A stretch of DNA of 64,000 bases. It comes from Bugula neritina (lineage: Eukaryota > Animalia > Bryozoa). Every line of letters starts with the position of its first letter. Within the stretch, counting starts at the first letter, position 1. The notes under the pieces were generated by a model, which was not told where the DNA came from, searched no databases, and saw nothing but the letters and a program-made list of their open reading frames with translations. Positions 51,937 to 64,000 of this stretch are shown here, in pieces. Position numbers and translations under genes: made by a program. The stretch is from contig OZ037768.1 of NCBI GenBank assembly GCA_964035545.1, forward strand, positions 23,035,319 to 23,099,318, written 5' to 3'.

Positions 51937-54900
51937 CAGTAGTAGTAGCAGTAGTAGTAGTAGCAGTAGTAATGTAGTATATATTTATATAGTATTTATT
52001 AAACGAATTGCACAAAAAATCAAATCAAGTTTCTCTGAATAAAACACAGAGTAAACCTGCAACAAATGTAGTAAAGTGGTTTTTGTTACTGAAATGTTTT
52101 AACTCAGCTGATGTAGTTTGTAGGACTATGATGAGTAAGCTTGATTGGGCATAGCACATGTTAACTAGTTGAGTAATACAGAGAGAGTGAAATTAGTATA
52201 AACATGAAACATTAGCTATTTAACAGATAGCTGTTCATAGCTTTTTCTCTGAAAGCTTTTTACAGCTTTTTCTCTGAAAGCTTTTTATAGCTTTTTCTCT
52301 GAAAGCTTTTCAATAGCATTTCCTTTAAAAGCTTGTATAGTAATAATGCTACAACACAACATAGTTAGAACTCCTTGTAAGAGAATTACCATTTAAATAT
52401 TTTAATTTCTACCATGTTTATATACTTCCACCAACCTTCACAGAAAAATCCATTTCCGCGATATTCAGCTTTACATTCACAAGAATAACTTCCGAGAGAG
52501 TTGATGCACGTGGCGTTGTCATGACAACTGTGTTTCTCAGACACACACTCATCGATGTCTACAATAAACAGTGTATGAGAACACTTTGAATGCCTATTTA
52601 GAAATCAGAGGTAAATTACGGGCTCATTTAGAGGACAGATAATTTCTTATATTAAACACAAATATCACTAATAATATAAACATTAAGCTTTGTTTTTCTG
52701 TGATCTGATTATACAATATAAACCTTGCAGGTATAATGTGTAAGACATTCAATAATATGCTAGTGAAATAAATAAATATGTTTTTCAGGTGCAGCAGGAA
52801 AGGAAATCTGTTGAATTAGTAAACAGGTGTAACCCACAGATTATATAATAAAACACATGAAATAATCAAAGGTGACTTTTAGCATGATCTAATCAAGTTG
52901 GAAATAAAACTTAAAATAATGTGAACACTCAAACTGTATCAACCAATCAAACTGCGTAACTCAAATTAGTATATAAACCAATCAAACTGCGTGACTCAAA
53001 CTATATCAACCAATCAAACTGCGTGACTCAAACTGTATAAACCAATCAAACGGCGTGACTCAAACTATATCAACCAATTAAACTGCGTGACTCAAATTAG
53101 TATATAAACCAATCAAACGGCGTGACTCAAATTAGTATATAAACCAATCAAGCGGCGTGACTCAAACTATATCAACCAATCAAACTGCGTGACTCAAACT
53201 ATATAAACCAATCAAGAGTAAGTTCTGACTCACCGACACAAGTATGACCTTGAAGATGAAAGCCAGGATAACAGAAACACTGGTATTTGCCAATCATATT
53301 GACACAGTAACCGTCCAATCCACATATGTCATAGTCTTCATAGCATTCATTGATGTCTACAAAAACATTTCTATATATCATTTACTCAAGTAAGAACAAT
53401 GCGAAAACATCAAGTTATTTTTTCCATTCAGTTGTGTCTAACAGACGTCAAGAAATTTCTTAGCGAATGCTGAAAGCTGAAATATTTTTTAAAAACAAAT
53501 CATGGCATTCATTAACTAACAAGTGTTTTAACTTATTTAACATTTACTGTTGATAAAATTGCTGAAGACAAAATCATTGTGGAGAAAGATATTTCACAGG
53601 AATATGCTCTCAATAAATTATAACCACTTTAACATCCTAAATAAAGCTTCTACCCAAAATCTTATATGCACTAGTATATCTATAATATAATATATTATAC
53701 ATATGAAAAGAAGTTAGGTTTTAATTACTATAGTGCATTGTGCTACAGTTACATGTGTAGTGACTGTAGTTATACACACATGTATAACTACAGTCATTGC
53801 ACACATGTATAACTACAGTCACTACACACATGTATAACTACAGTCACTACACACACACCCACACGAGTACAGAGCATGCCACAAACTTGCTCACCTTCAC
53901 AGCTACTACCTCCATCATACCTGTACCCAGAATAACATTGACAGTCATAGGATCCAGCTGAATTTATACACTCTGACAGGTGGGGACATACGGGCGGGGA
54001 GAGCAAGCACTCGTCTATATCTGTAACAAACATAGGTCCTTAGTCTATACCAATTCATAGCCTGTGACTACTATTTCACAAACGAAGCAGCTGCTGTATA
54101 AATTCTAATGTTGATTAAACCTTATCAGCAAAATTTATCCGTTATTTGGGGGGGAGACCTGCAATGACCCCAAACCTCAAGGTAAATGCACAAAAAATGG
54201 TCTAACAAAATACGGATAGAAAACTAACTAACAAAGCACTATTTATATTTGGAATGCTAGTTACCTTGACACAGTAGATATGAATATTTTCAAATTTAAA
54301 TAAAGTTATCATTTTATCCAACCACTATGAGAGAAAACAAATCTTATATATATACACACGGGGATTTAATAACAGAAGCAGACAATTTCTATTAGAGCTA
54401 TATAACGGAAGCAAATAACTCCTATCAGAGCTATATAACGGAAGCAGATAACTCCTATCAGAGCTATATAACGGAAGCAGACGACTCCCACCTGAACAGT
54501 TGACTCCATTTCCTTCATATCCAGGAATACACTGACAGTAGTAGCTGCCAGCTGTGTCATAGCACCAAGCGTTGAGATTACATGGGTACACCTCCGACCT
54601 GCACTCATCTATATTCTCACACTGACCGTATATCTGTAACAGACAGACAATATGGCGCGCAACCTTCATAGCAGTCAAAGTGATTATAGTCTAATTTCAC
54701 AAAGAATATTTCGAAATTATTTTTCATTTAAAACCAATATAAATCCTGATTGTTTAGTCAAGCAGATGTGACAGTTGAAAACATGCCATTCAATTCAGCA
54801 TTCAAGAGAGTAAAAACAATAAACCAAAGAGGTAAGGTCTACCATCATCTTATTTAGATACTTAGTTTCGTGCCGCCATGGGTATGAGTAACAGCGTCTC

Positions 54901-57900
54901 TAAGGCTATGTTTAACTTGTAATGTAAAGCTGATGGGAAGTCTGTAGATGTCTTCATATACTTCTGTTGGGAACTTTGTTGGTATTATGGATTATATTTA
55001 ACCGGAAGTATTTCAGAAGATTTCATTTTATTCCAGAAGATGAAAAGAAGTAAAGCTACATCAAGCAGTTATACTGAGTATTATAAAACATGTTCAAAGG
55101 CATGATAACTCCAAAAGAGACAATAAAACGTGAGTGCAACTCTGAATTACAAGTTTAGAAAGTTGTTTTACTATTTCTTTGGATTAGTAAATTAAAGTAA
55201 AGTTTTATCTGAAACAACTAGACAGCATTTAAACAAAGAAACACACATATTCTGCTGCAGATAACATCTACTAACCATTTCATATCCCGGCAGACAGACA
55301 CAAGTGACAGAGCCTGGCAGGTTCTCACACATCTGATCAGAGTTACATGTGAAAGGGTCTTCACACTCATCAACGTCTGCAAAAGACAACTCCAAAATAA
55401 TTGTTTGACAGCATTGGATAATATCAATTTTAAACTTACATAACACCAAATTCGAAGTTGCTTTTTCAGAAAGAGTCATGAAAATTCCCAATCAAATAGA
55501 CAAAAAGACACATATAGGCTGATGGATGGTGAGTGTAAATAAAAAGTCAAGAGTTGTGGGACGCTGCATAACTATGAATTAAAAAATTGCGGATATTTTT
55601 TGTAAACTTGTGAAGATTTATAAATGCACAGAACATACATCCTGTAAATATTTAAATAAACTATAATCCAAAGAGAGAGCTATTAATATATTACACTGTA
55701 AATATAATACACATACTATACAAAACATTAATAAAAAAGTTTTTATAAATTCCTATAAATATGCTTAATGATGATTTTAGGAATATTTACAATAACAAAA
55801 CAGTAAACTATTATTTACCTTGACACGATTTCCCATCAAAAGTGTAACCATCCCTGCATTTGCAAATGTAACTACCAACAGAGTCTTGGCATTGGGAGTT
55901 ACTTCCACATACATCTGCCACATCCTCACACTCATTGATGTCTACACAAAGTATCAGATTAGAAGTGAGTGAATGGATGAAAGTACAGCGAAACAGACCT
56001 CCAAATTTTCCAACTTGTATACTGAAAGATGTTAATATTGTTTATTTCTCTTGATGCGGTTTTGTTTACATTACATGTGAATCCAGGTGCAACAAATTTT
56101 AGCCAAGCATATGTTGAGTGATACAGAGAAAAGTTTTCAAATTTTTCTAGAAAACTTTTTTTGTGGGTGAGCTAGAAGAGCCTTGTTAGAATTTGCTCTA
56201 AACAAATGTGTCACGTGTCTAAAAGCTGGTAACATGGTGTAGGACCTTGTACAGTAGTGCAGAATGAGTTTAACTGAATACCACAGGAGACTGCAGTTGC
56301 TTCTTTGTACTGTCTTGTAAATGTTGATAAAAATATGAAATACACAGCTTAGTCAAATGGACTTTGAGCCTGACAGCTTACTTGTACATTCTTGACCAGT
56401 TCCTGTAAAACCACTTTTACATTGGCAGCTGTACGTTCCTGTTAGCTCATTAGAAATGCAGTCAGCAGTAACTGGGCAGACTGAGGGAGAACTGCATGGA
56501 TCAGCTACAATGTGATCAGTAATAATATAGCCAGTTATAATAATAGTCAGTTATAATAATAGTCAGTTATAATAATAATCAGCTATAATAATAATCAGCT
56601 ATAATAATAGTCAGTTATATTATAGCCAGGTATTTTCTAAAGCTCGTGGTTGTTATCTATAATCTATATGGTCAGTAGATTTACTAAATCCTAAGCACTC
56701 TACTAATATAAAAAATGCTAATTGATAGAAAACCTCAAGTGTTTGCAAACTCTGTGTTAACTTTAAATGCTTAAATAACCTGTATCACATTTAGGTAGTT
56801 TTTAAAATTAGAAACACTTTATCAAAAAAAATCTATAACACTAATATGGTGCCCCCCCCCCCCCGCTAGTATAACATAGCAGTATGGAGAAGTTGATTTC
56901 AAATTTAACTAAGTACAGTACGATTAACTGACTAACAGTACGACTAACTGACTCATAGTACGACTAACTGACTTGTATGACTCACCAACGCAACTCCCCT
57001 TCTCAGAGGTAAGAAACCCACTCCTACAGATACACTCTTCAACTCCATCTGAGCGTGTCACGCAGACAGAGCTTCTCTCTTCACACTGTAAAGTCTCACA
57101 CGGCACATCAATAGCTGAAAATATAAGACTGTAAGTTAGGTACGAGTTAAGAGAAGCAGTATGCAACTACTACAGGTAATACAGGGTTTTAGCACCAAAA
57201 GATGCTTTTAAATTTTGTTGATAATTTTTGTTTTACTGTAACGTTTCTCCTAAAGATTTTTATCACAACACATGCTCTTTAAATATCAGAGAAAATCTAC
57301 AGTTCATAGAGGTGACTAAACAGATTGAGGCTATCTTGAATCCTAAATGCATGAAGCAATCTAATTGGTGCCTTAAAGAACACGCTTTTAGATGAATTTC
57401 GAACGATTTAACATTAAATGCCTGCTGCACACTTGAAAAATCAGAAAGGCAAAAACTGCTTTCTTCTTTTAAATTACTAAAAGATATACTCAAGAAAGAA
57501 GCTAAATGTTACCAAACAATATTAAAAACGTGAAATAATATGACTGGGAGAGCACGCTTACGCATACAGTTGAAGCCATTTCCTTCATAACCTTCACGGC
57601 AGCGGCACTGGAAGCTGCCGTCGGTGTCTGTACAGTCAGCATCAACATGGCAGCCGTTAAAATTCTTCTCGGCACACTCGTCAACGTTCACACAGGAGCC
57701 AAGGCTATTCCTCTCATAACCCTGCTGACATACGCACGCATAGCTGCCGACACTATTCTCACAGACAACGTGACGGGCTGGGTCAGAGTCACATGGTGAC
57801 TTAAGACATTCGTTGACGTCTGCATAGAACAAGAACGCTTGTCAATCCAAACAGAATGGCCAGGAAACTAAATATATTTATATATATGCGGTTTATATCT

Positions 57901-60900
57901 GAAGAATACAACTCTATGTGTCAAGCCAGAACTGATGAACACGGATCACATGCAATTACATCTATAAAACCTACTAACGGTGTATGAGGCGACACATAAG
58001 AGTTGTAAAGTACATAGAATTATAACAAGAGTGTATGCAAGTGTAGGGCTAAAGATTACAGGTCCAACTGCAGATGTTTAACACAGTTGTAGCTTAGAAG
58101 CAATGATCTCTCCTGTCACTACCACAATCTCTAAACAGTACCTCTCATCAATGTATCTGTCCTACATATTTATACTCACCCTGACAGCCTGTGGATGTGA
58201 CTTTGTAGCCATCTGGACATTTACACGAGTAGGTCTTCGGTAGATTAGTACAGTTACCAGGAGACGGACAGAACCGGTCTACATTCTCAGCTGAACACTC
58301 GTCCAAATCTGTGAAAAACAACTAAATACCATCAAAAAATAATTTAATTAAACTAGTTAGAGCAATATTTCAAAAAACAGGAAATAGTGAGTATAACAAA
58401 TGTTGTTTTAGATTTAAAATATTTAATACTAGTTTATTAGTAATTTGACTGCATGATTTGCTGAATACTAACTAAAAATTTAGTCGCAAAAGAAATAAAA
58501 AACTAAAAATTTATCCTTTTAGAAACATAGAGTACTCCTGTTTAAGTATAATTATGATCCAAAATAGTTTTCCTTGGCTGTGCGAAATATTCTAGTATTG
58601 CAAAAGCATTTCTGTCAACGGAATTATCCAGCCCTTACCAACACACACTCCGTCCTGCATTACAAATCCTAGAAGACAAGCACACTTGAAGCTACCCGGA
58701 GTGTTTAGACAAACTACATTCTCTCCTTGACATGACGTGGTAGTGTTGGCACATTCGTTAATATCTGAAGTATGTACGACATACACTAATAAAATATAGC
58801 ATAAGTTGCAATTAAAACAAAATACAATGCACATTTATAGACTGTTAACCATTCATGGCTTGTACGCCTTGACCAACTGCAAATCTTTTTTTTTTCAGTT
58901 ATAATCAACTGAATTTTTTTTTACTTTGACTAAACTTAACAAAAAAACTCAAACATTTATAGCAAATATCGCATTATACATTGGGGTAGATTTTTTAAGC
59001 ATTTGACTTTTAAGCCGCCAGTCTTTTGCATTGTTAGAAATCTTCAGATTTGATTAAAAATATGCTATTAGCACATTTAAACAAACTCAAGCTTGATAGC
59101 TCAATGATACATCTTTGACATTTATATCTTCCTCTATCGACTATCATAGAATATATTTTACAAATTTGTTTAAAATAAGTGGCTGAAGTCATGTAATTTA
59201 CTTGAAGTAGAAGCACTAAGCTGTGTGATGTTTTAAAAAGTAGACAAGAAATATTTACTAGTAGACGTGTAGACAGTCTTACCTTCACATCGTAACCCGA
59301 GTTTAACAAACCCATCATCGCAGACGCACTCATAGGCCCCGTATGTGTTCACACACATGGAGTTCTTAGGACAGTAGGCTAAGCCAGACTCACACTCAGA
59401 TACATCTACGGACACAGCAAATATTCTGCTGACCGGTTCTACTAGGAAACTAGGCTATATTTCTTATTTTCATTAAAATATCAACATCATACAAGGTTTC
59501 AATGGTACTCTCTAAGCCCTAAGGCTTTCAACAGCTGAGCAACTTTTATATTCATAGTTACACAAAATTCATTTGCCAATTACTCCCTACTTCCACATCC
59601 CAGAGACATTTAATTTTATGAAATAAAATAAAATAACCAATGAAATCAAATAAAAACATGTAAGTTAAACGTATAGATTTCATGTCGGTAGAGAAAAAAG
59701 CTGTATGGATTAGGAATGTACTATTCAAGGTTGAATTGCTTTCTTTGAAAGTCCTCGTCTTCATGCATGGCAAAATAATGCTTGTTTTTACTAGATTAGT
59801 TGAAACGAGTGAATTTCAAACTTTCCATCAACACAAATCAGTGCTATTTATTAAAAGATGTAACTCCCACTAGCTCAATATAATGCTTATATGATTTGAA
59901 AGCTTCATACACAGCTGATGCACCAAGTCAACTCTTCTACTAGTCAAATCACCAGAAGTGTTAGTAATCAACTCACTTTACGAGGGTTATGTTGTAAACT
60001 AAAAGTAAAGCATACCGTCGCAGTGTGTGCCATTGCCTTCAAAACCTTCTCTACACAAACACTTCCACAGACTGCTTCCCCTATCAACTGTGCAGTCAGC
60101 CTTAGAGTGGCAGGGGCCATGTTCTACGCAGGCGTAGTCAGCTGTAAAGAGGCAAAACTCCAGTAACTAAGGCTATGCATATACCTTTGCAATTACCATC
60201 TGACAAAACCTCTGTGGTGTATCAACTACATACAATGCTTCCTAAACAAAACGTAGAGTTATTGCTGTGGAAAAGCGATCAAACAGAAAAACCTAAACCC
60301 TGCCAATACAGACTCATTACATCACTGTGTTATATGTGGCCCCATCCCCCCATTTAGCAAATTAGCCACCAACAAGGTTGTAAAAACTAATATGTTGTGT
60401 ATACATTAACACCTTTGTTTCCTTACTTCTTATTCACTAGATCTTTTTGTTCATGCAACTTTTCGCATTTTCCTGGTGCAGAACTCAGGTATACTTTTCT
60501 CTAATCCATAAAGTTTTACCTTACAGTGCTTCTTCAAATTATAAACCATAACTGTAGAATGGATGTGATACTACTACAGAGTATAGCCTGTGTACCCTAC
60601 TACAGAGTATAGCCTGTGTACCCAAGCTAGATCTTTACTCACGCAGGCACGATGTGATGCCGTCCCCAATGTAACCGGACAAGCAAGTACACGTGTAACT
60701 CCCCTCCGTGTCTGTGCATTGGGCATCCACATGACAGTCAGTAGCTCCCTCTGTACACTCATTGTAATCTACAGGAACACAGCGGCAGTGGTGTATGTAT
60801 AAGTACAGTGCATGACACACAGACAGTCAAACAGACACACAGACAGCCAGACAGACACACAGACAGCCAGAGACACAGACAGCCAGAGACACAGACAGAC

Positions 60901-63745
60901 ACACAGACAGACACACATAGGCACATAGAAGACACACAACAACTGCTATATTTCAGGTTACACAGCATGAAAATTATATTACAATCCTGCTACTAAATAA
61001 ATTAGTCTTTTCCAAAAATAAATTAAATACTAGCTTAAAGTCATGGAAGATTTTCTACAATCACAGCATCTGCTTAGCACAGCTACAGTCAACTATACTC
61101 TCTACCTCTTCCTTACACGACATCTCAGTCAATACTCTGCAACTCTTCAACTTATAAACAAACACTGAATGTCCTCAAGTTTTAGAATAACAAGATTAAC
61201 TTTCTGAACAGTTTTTGACCAACTTACTAATGCACTTTCCGTTGCTCCGTTTGAACCCATCCTCACATTCGCACTTGTAATACCCAGGTTTGTTGATACA
61301 GTTGCCATGACTACCACAGGAAACAGATCTGCACTCGTCGACATCAGTGCACACACCATCTACACGTTCGTAGCCGGCAATGCACATGCACGCAGGTTCT
61401 TCATAGTAAGAGTCTACGCACACACTGTACGGTTGTGCAGAGCAGTCCATGGTGTAGCATGATCCTAAACGTGAGAAAAGGTATAATACGTAGACATAGT
61501 AATTTATGGAAGTTAGCAAAACTGATTGGATTGTATTAAAGTGATGGTATATCTAAAAGTTTCCTTTATAAGAAATTTAAAATTAGGCTGAATACAGATG
61601 CAGAAGTGATTATGAGATATAAACTTACCTATGACTTTCTCGCAGTAAAACCCGTCTCCAATATATCCGGCATTGCATGTGCACACAGGAGAGTTGTACT
61701 GTTCAGAGCAAGTGGCGTGTCTATGACAATTCACTCCGCTTGTATCACAAACATTGGTAACTATATCAATAAGCAACATTAACAAGTACTCTAGGGTAAT
61801 ATAAAATAGTACTCTAGAAGTAATATAAATAGTACTCTAGGAGTAATATAAAATAGTACTCTAGAAGTAATATAAAATATACTCTAGGAGTAATATAAAA
61901 TAGTACTCTAGAAGTAATATAAAATAGTGTCTCAATGAAAAAGCTGGCAATGTGATATGAATACCAGAAATAACCTTTTGCAACACAAACTATTCCATAC
62001 AAAACTTATATCACAAAAAATAAGCATTAAATTCACATTAATAAATAAATAAAATACTTATACTGAATCGTCACATAATAAAGGCCAACAAATTAGAGTT
62101 TGTTAGACTAAATTCTTTGACTTTCCTATTCCACGCTACTAATTGCATTACTCAGTGGACACAGTGTAAACTAGAAGTGACACAGTCTATACGAACCACA
62201 CTGGTAGCCGTCCCAGGTGCCTGTAGCGCACACACAGGTATAACTACCAGGAGTGTTGACACACACTCTATACTGAGCATCTTCACAGGGGTAGTCCACG
62301 CATTCATCTATGTCCTGGCAGCGACTATACCACAGGAAGCTGACTTCTTTGTATCCAAAGTCACATACACAGCCGTCAAAGTCAGCGTTACAACTGCCGT
62401 ATTCCCTGCAACCACATTCTACAAGCAGATGAAATAATATACTTTTATAGGAATTTGTATCCTTATACAAGGACACATGCCCTCTCACAGGGGCACACAT
62501 CCTCTCCCATAGATTTAACAAAAGCTTTGGAGTTTATTTTAGTTATATAACATAAAATTTGAGTTAAAATATATTATCATTGTATTTGTTATCTGTCCCT
62601 AACTTTGTATTTATAGACATCTTTAATTTTCTTTAACCATGAGCCCTTGTTATAGTTTGTATACTGAGAAAATGTAAATCTTTCCAGTAAAACTAAAAAG
62701 TATAACCTGACAGATAGTCTTACACAAGGAAAAGTTTTCTTAAAATATTATAAGTTTTGCTACAAAACAGCTATTTCAGCTGTATAGACTTGACATAATA
62801 TATTGTTAGATTTACAGTTTATATACTATACAGTTTATATACTATACAGTTTATATACTATACAGTTTATATACTATACAGTTTATATACTATACAGTTT
62901 ATATACTGTACAGTTTATATACTGTACAGTTTATATACTGTACAGTTTATATACTGTACAGTTTATATACTGTACAGTTTATATACTGTACAGTTTATAT
63001 ACTGTACAGTTTATATACTATACAGTTTATATACTATACAGTTTATATACTATACAGTTTATATACTATACAGTTTATATACTATACAGTTTATATACTA
63101 TACAGTTTATATACTGTACAGTTTATATACTGTACAGTTTATATACTGTACAGTTTATATACTGTACAGTTTATATACTGTACAGTTTATATACTATACA
63201 GTTTATATACTATACAGTTTATATACTGTACAGTTTATATACTGTACAGTTTATATACTGTACAGTTTATATACTGTACAGTTTATATACTGTGCAGTTT
63301 ATATACTGTACAGTTTATATACTATACAGTTTATATACTATACAGTTTATATACTATACAGTTTATACACTATACAGTTTATACACTATACAGTTTATAC
63401 ACTATACATTTTATATACTATACAGTTTATATACTATACAGTTTATATACTATACAGTTTATATACTATACAGTTTATATACTATACAGTTTATATACTA
63501 TACAGTTTATATACTATACAGTATATGAAAGTAACCTGGTAGAGGGAGGCAGTCGTAAGAGCCAGGTATATTTACACACAGGTATTCCTCATCACAAGCA
63601 TAGTAATCAGCACACTCATTGATGTCTTCACAGATCAGGCCATTACCACGATATCCTTTGGTGCAGTTACACTCGTAGAGGCCAATGGTGTTAGTGCAAA
63701 CAGAGTGGGATGAACAGCTGGACCCTTCTTCACACTCATTGATGT
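48808..63745 (-). CDS. Gene A (multi-exon, 5'-incomplete): EGF(n)-follistatin/Kazal(2)-TSP1-follistatin/Kazal-CTCK protein, paralogue of gene B
   Basis: 24 phase-compatible exons ending VKTPSSCHCVKKT* (TAA 48808-48810). Confidence 0.88.
49980..50210 (-). CDS. Gene A follistatin/Kazal exon 3
   Basis: CLNYTCARPGADC...PYCECPVGC...VCG...TFYNKCMLRRISC...YEGTC, 10 Cys. Confidence 0.85.
50238..50403. repeat. (GAGT)n microsatellite
   Basis: Directly visible. Confidence 0.95.
50588..50752 (-). CDS. Gene A thrombospondin type-1 exon
   Basis: GEWSELGECSVTCGNGIQTRHRQ...PCSLSPC; phase 1-1, 165 nt. Confidence 0.88.
51017..51827 (-). CDS. Gene A follistatin/Kazal exons 1 (51606-51827) and 2 (51017-51235)
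   Basis: CECTC...FCGTDGVTY...YWGKCQ and CDKVYC...PVCRCPVC...GPVCSSLAITYESYCAL...C. Confidence 0.87.
51901..51970. repeat. (TAG)n microsatellite
   Basis: Directly visible. Confidence 0.95.
52436..63745 (-). CDS. Gene A block of about 21 EGF/cbEGF domains plus one truncated EGF (18 exons)
   Basis: D[IV][ND]EC cbEGF consensus in most exons, e.g. 52436-52558, 53234-53356, 57562-57819, 58180-58308, 63536-63745 (some ends approximate). Confidence 0.92.
52927..53215. repeat. 31-35-bp minisatellite x9 (AACCAATCAAACTGCGTGACTCAAACTATAT)
   Basis: Directly visible, next to the donor at about 53233. Confidence 0.93.
54375..54480. repeat. 33-bp tandem repeat x3
   Basis: ggaagcagataactcctatcagagctatataac. 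Confidence 0.88.
60814..60916. repeat. Compound (GACA/CA) microsatellite
   Basis: Directly visible. Confidence 0.85.
61786..61927. repeat. 24-bp minisatellite x6
   Basis: agtactctagRagtaatataaaat. Confidence 0.9.
62813..63524. repeat. 16-bp satellite (TRTACAGTTTATATAC)n, about 44 copies
   Basis: Directly visible; the source of the spurious 241-aa ORF. Confidence 0.97.
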
Positions 63746-64000
63746 CTAACATATACATTGATGTCTATTACATATCAAAACAAATTAGTTTCATGTAGCC
63801 AAAGTTTGGTTTACAACTTTTTTAGAAAGAAAAATAACTGACACAACAGCTGGTAACATATCTTGAAATTTTGGAGTTGTGGCACCTTTTAGACTCGTGA
63901 GCCAAATACGCAAATAATTGCCAGTTGCTTAGCAGTGGTCAACTATTTAAACATCAAATTTTCATGACAATTATCACAATGCTATCAATTATTATACCAT

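Noticed and set aside
62803-63528. 241-aa plus-strand ORF
   Set aside because: Translation of the 16-bp satellite.

Overview
AT-rich, intron-rich animal genomic DNA. The WSC/ShKT/VWD/EGF content suggests an invertebrate; I cannot name the taxon. The window holds two tandem, head-to-tail, minus-strand paralogues encoding very large cysteine-rich extracellular proteins. I assembled the exons by hand from GT/AG sites and phase; most ORF-track entries are single exons, antisense shadows or repeat artefacts. Gene A enters from the right edge and stops at 48808: about 21 EGF/cbEGF - follistatin/Kazal x2 - TSP1 - follistatin/Kazal - Slit/CCN-type C-terminal cystine knot. Gene B starts about 1.4 kb downstream, with TATA+Inr near 47444-47476 and ATG at 47398, and runs off the left edge: signal peptide - 23 WSC domains - 2 ShKT - VWD (GDPH, CGLCG) - C8 - TIL - about 40 EGF/cbEGF - follistatin/Kazal. 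That is roughly 4,500 codons within the window. The two genes are colinear exon for exon in their shared part, suggesting a family with a mucin-like head and tail, a fibrillin-like rod and a multivalent WSC array. Twenty of the WSC domains form a 10-unit array with near-identical exons but mosaic introns (concerted evolution), carrying one 5'-truncated LINE and a deletion scar. One EGF exon appears gene-converted between the paralogues. Many intronic minisatellites start at splice sites.
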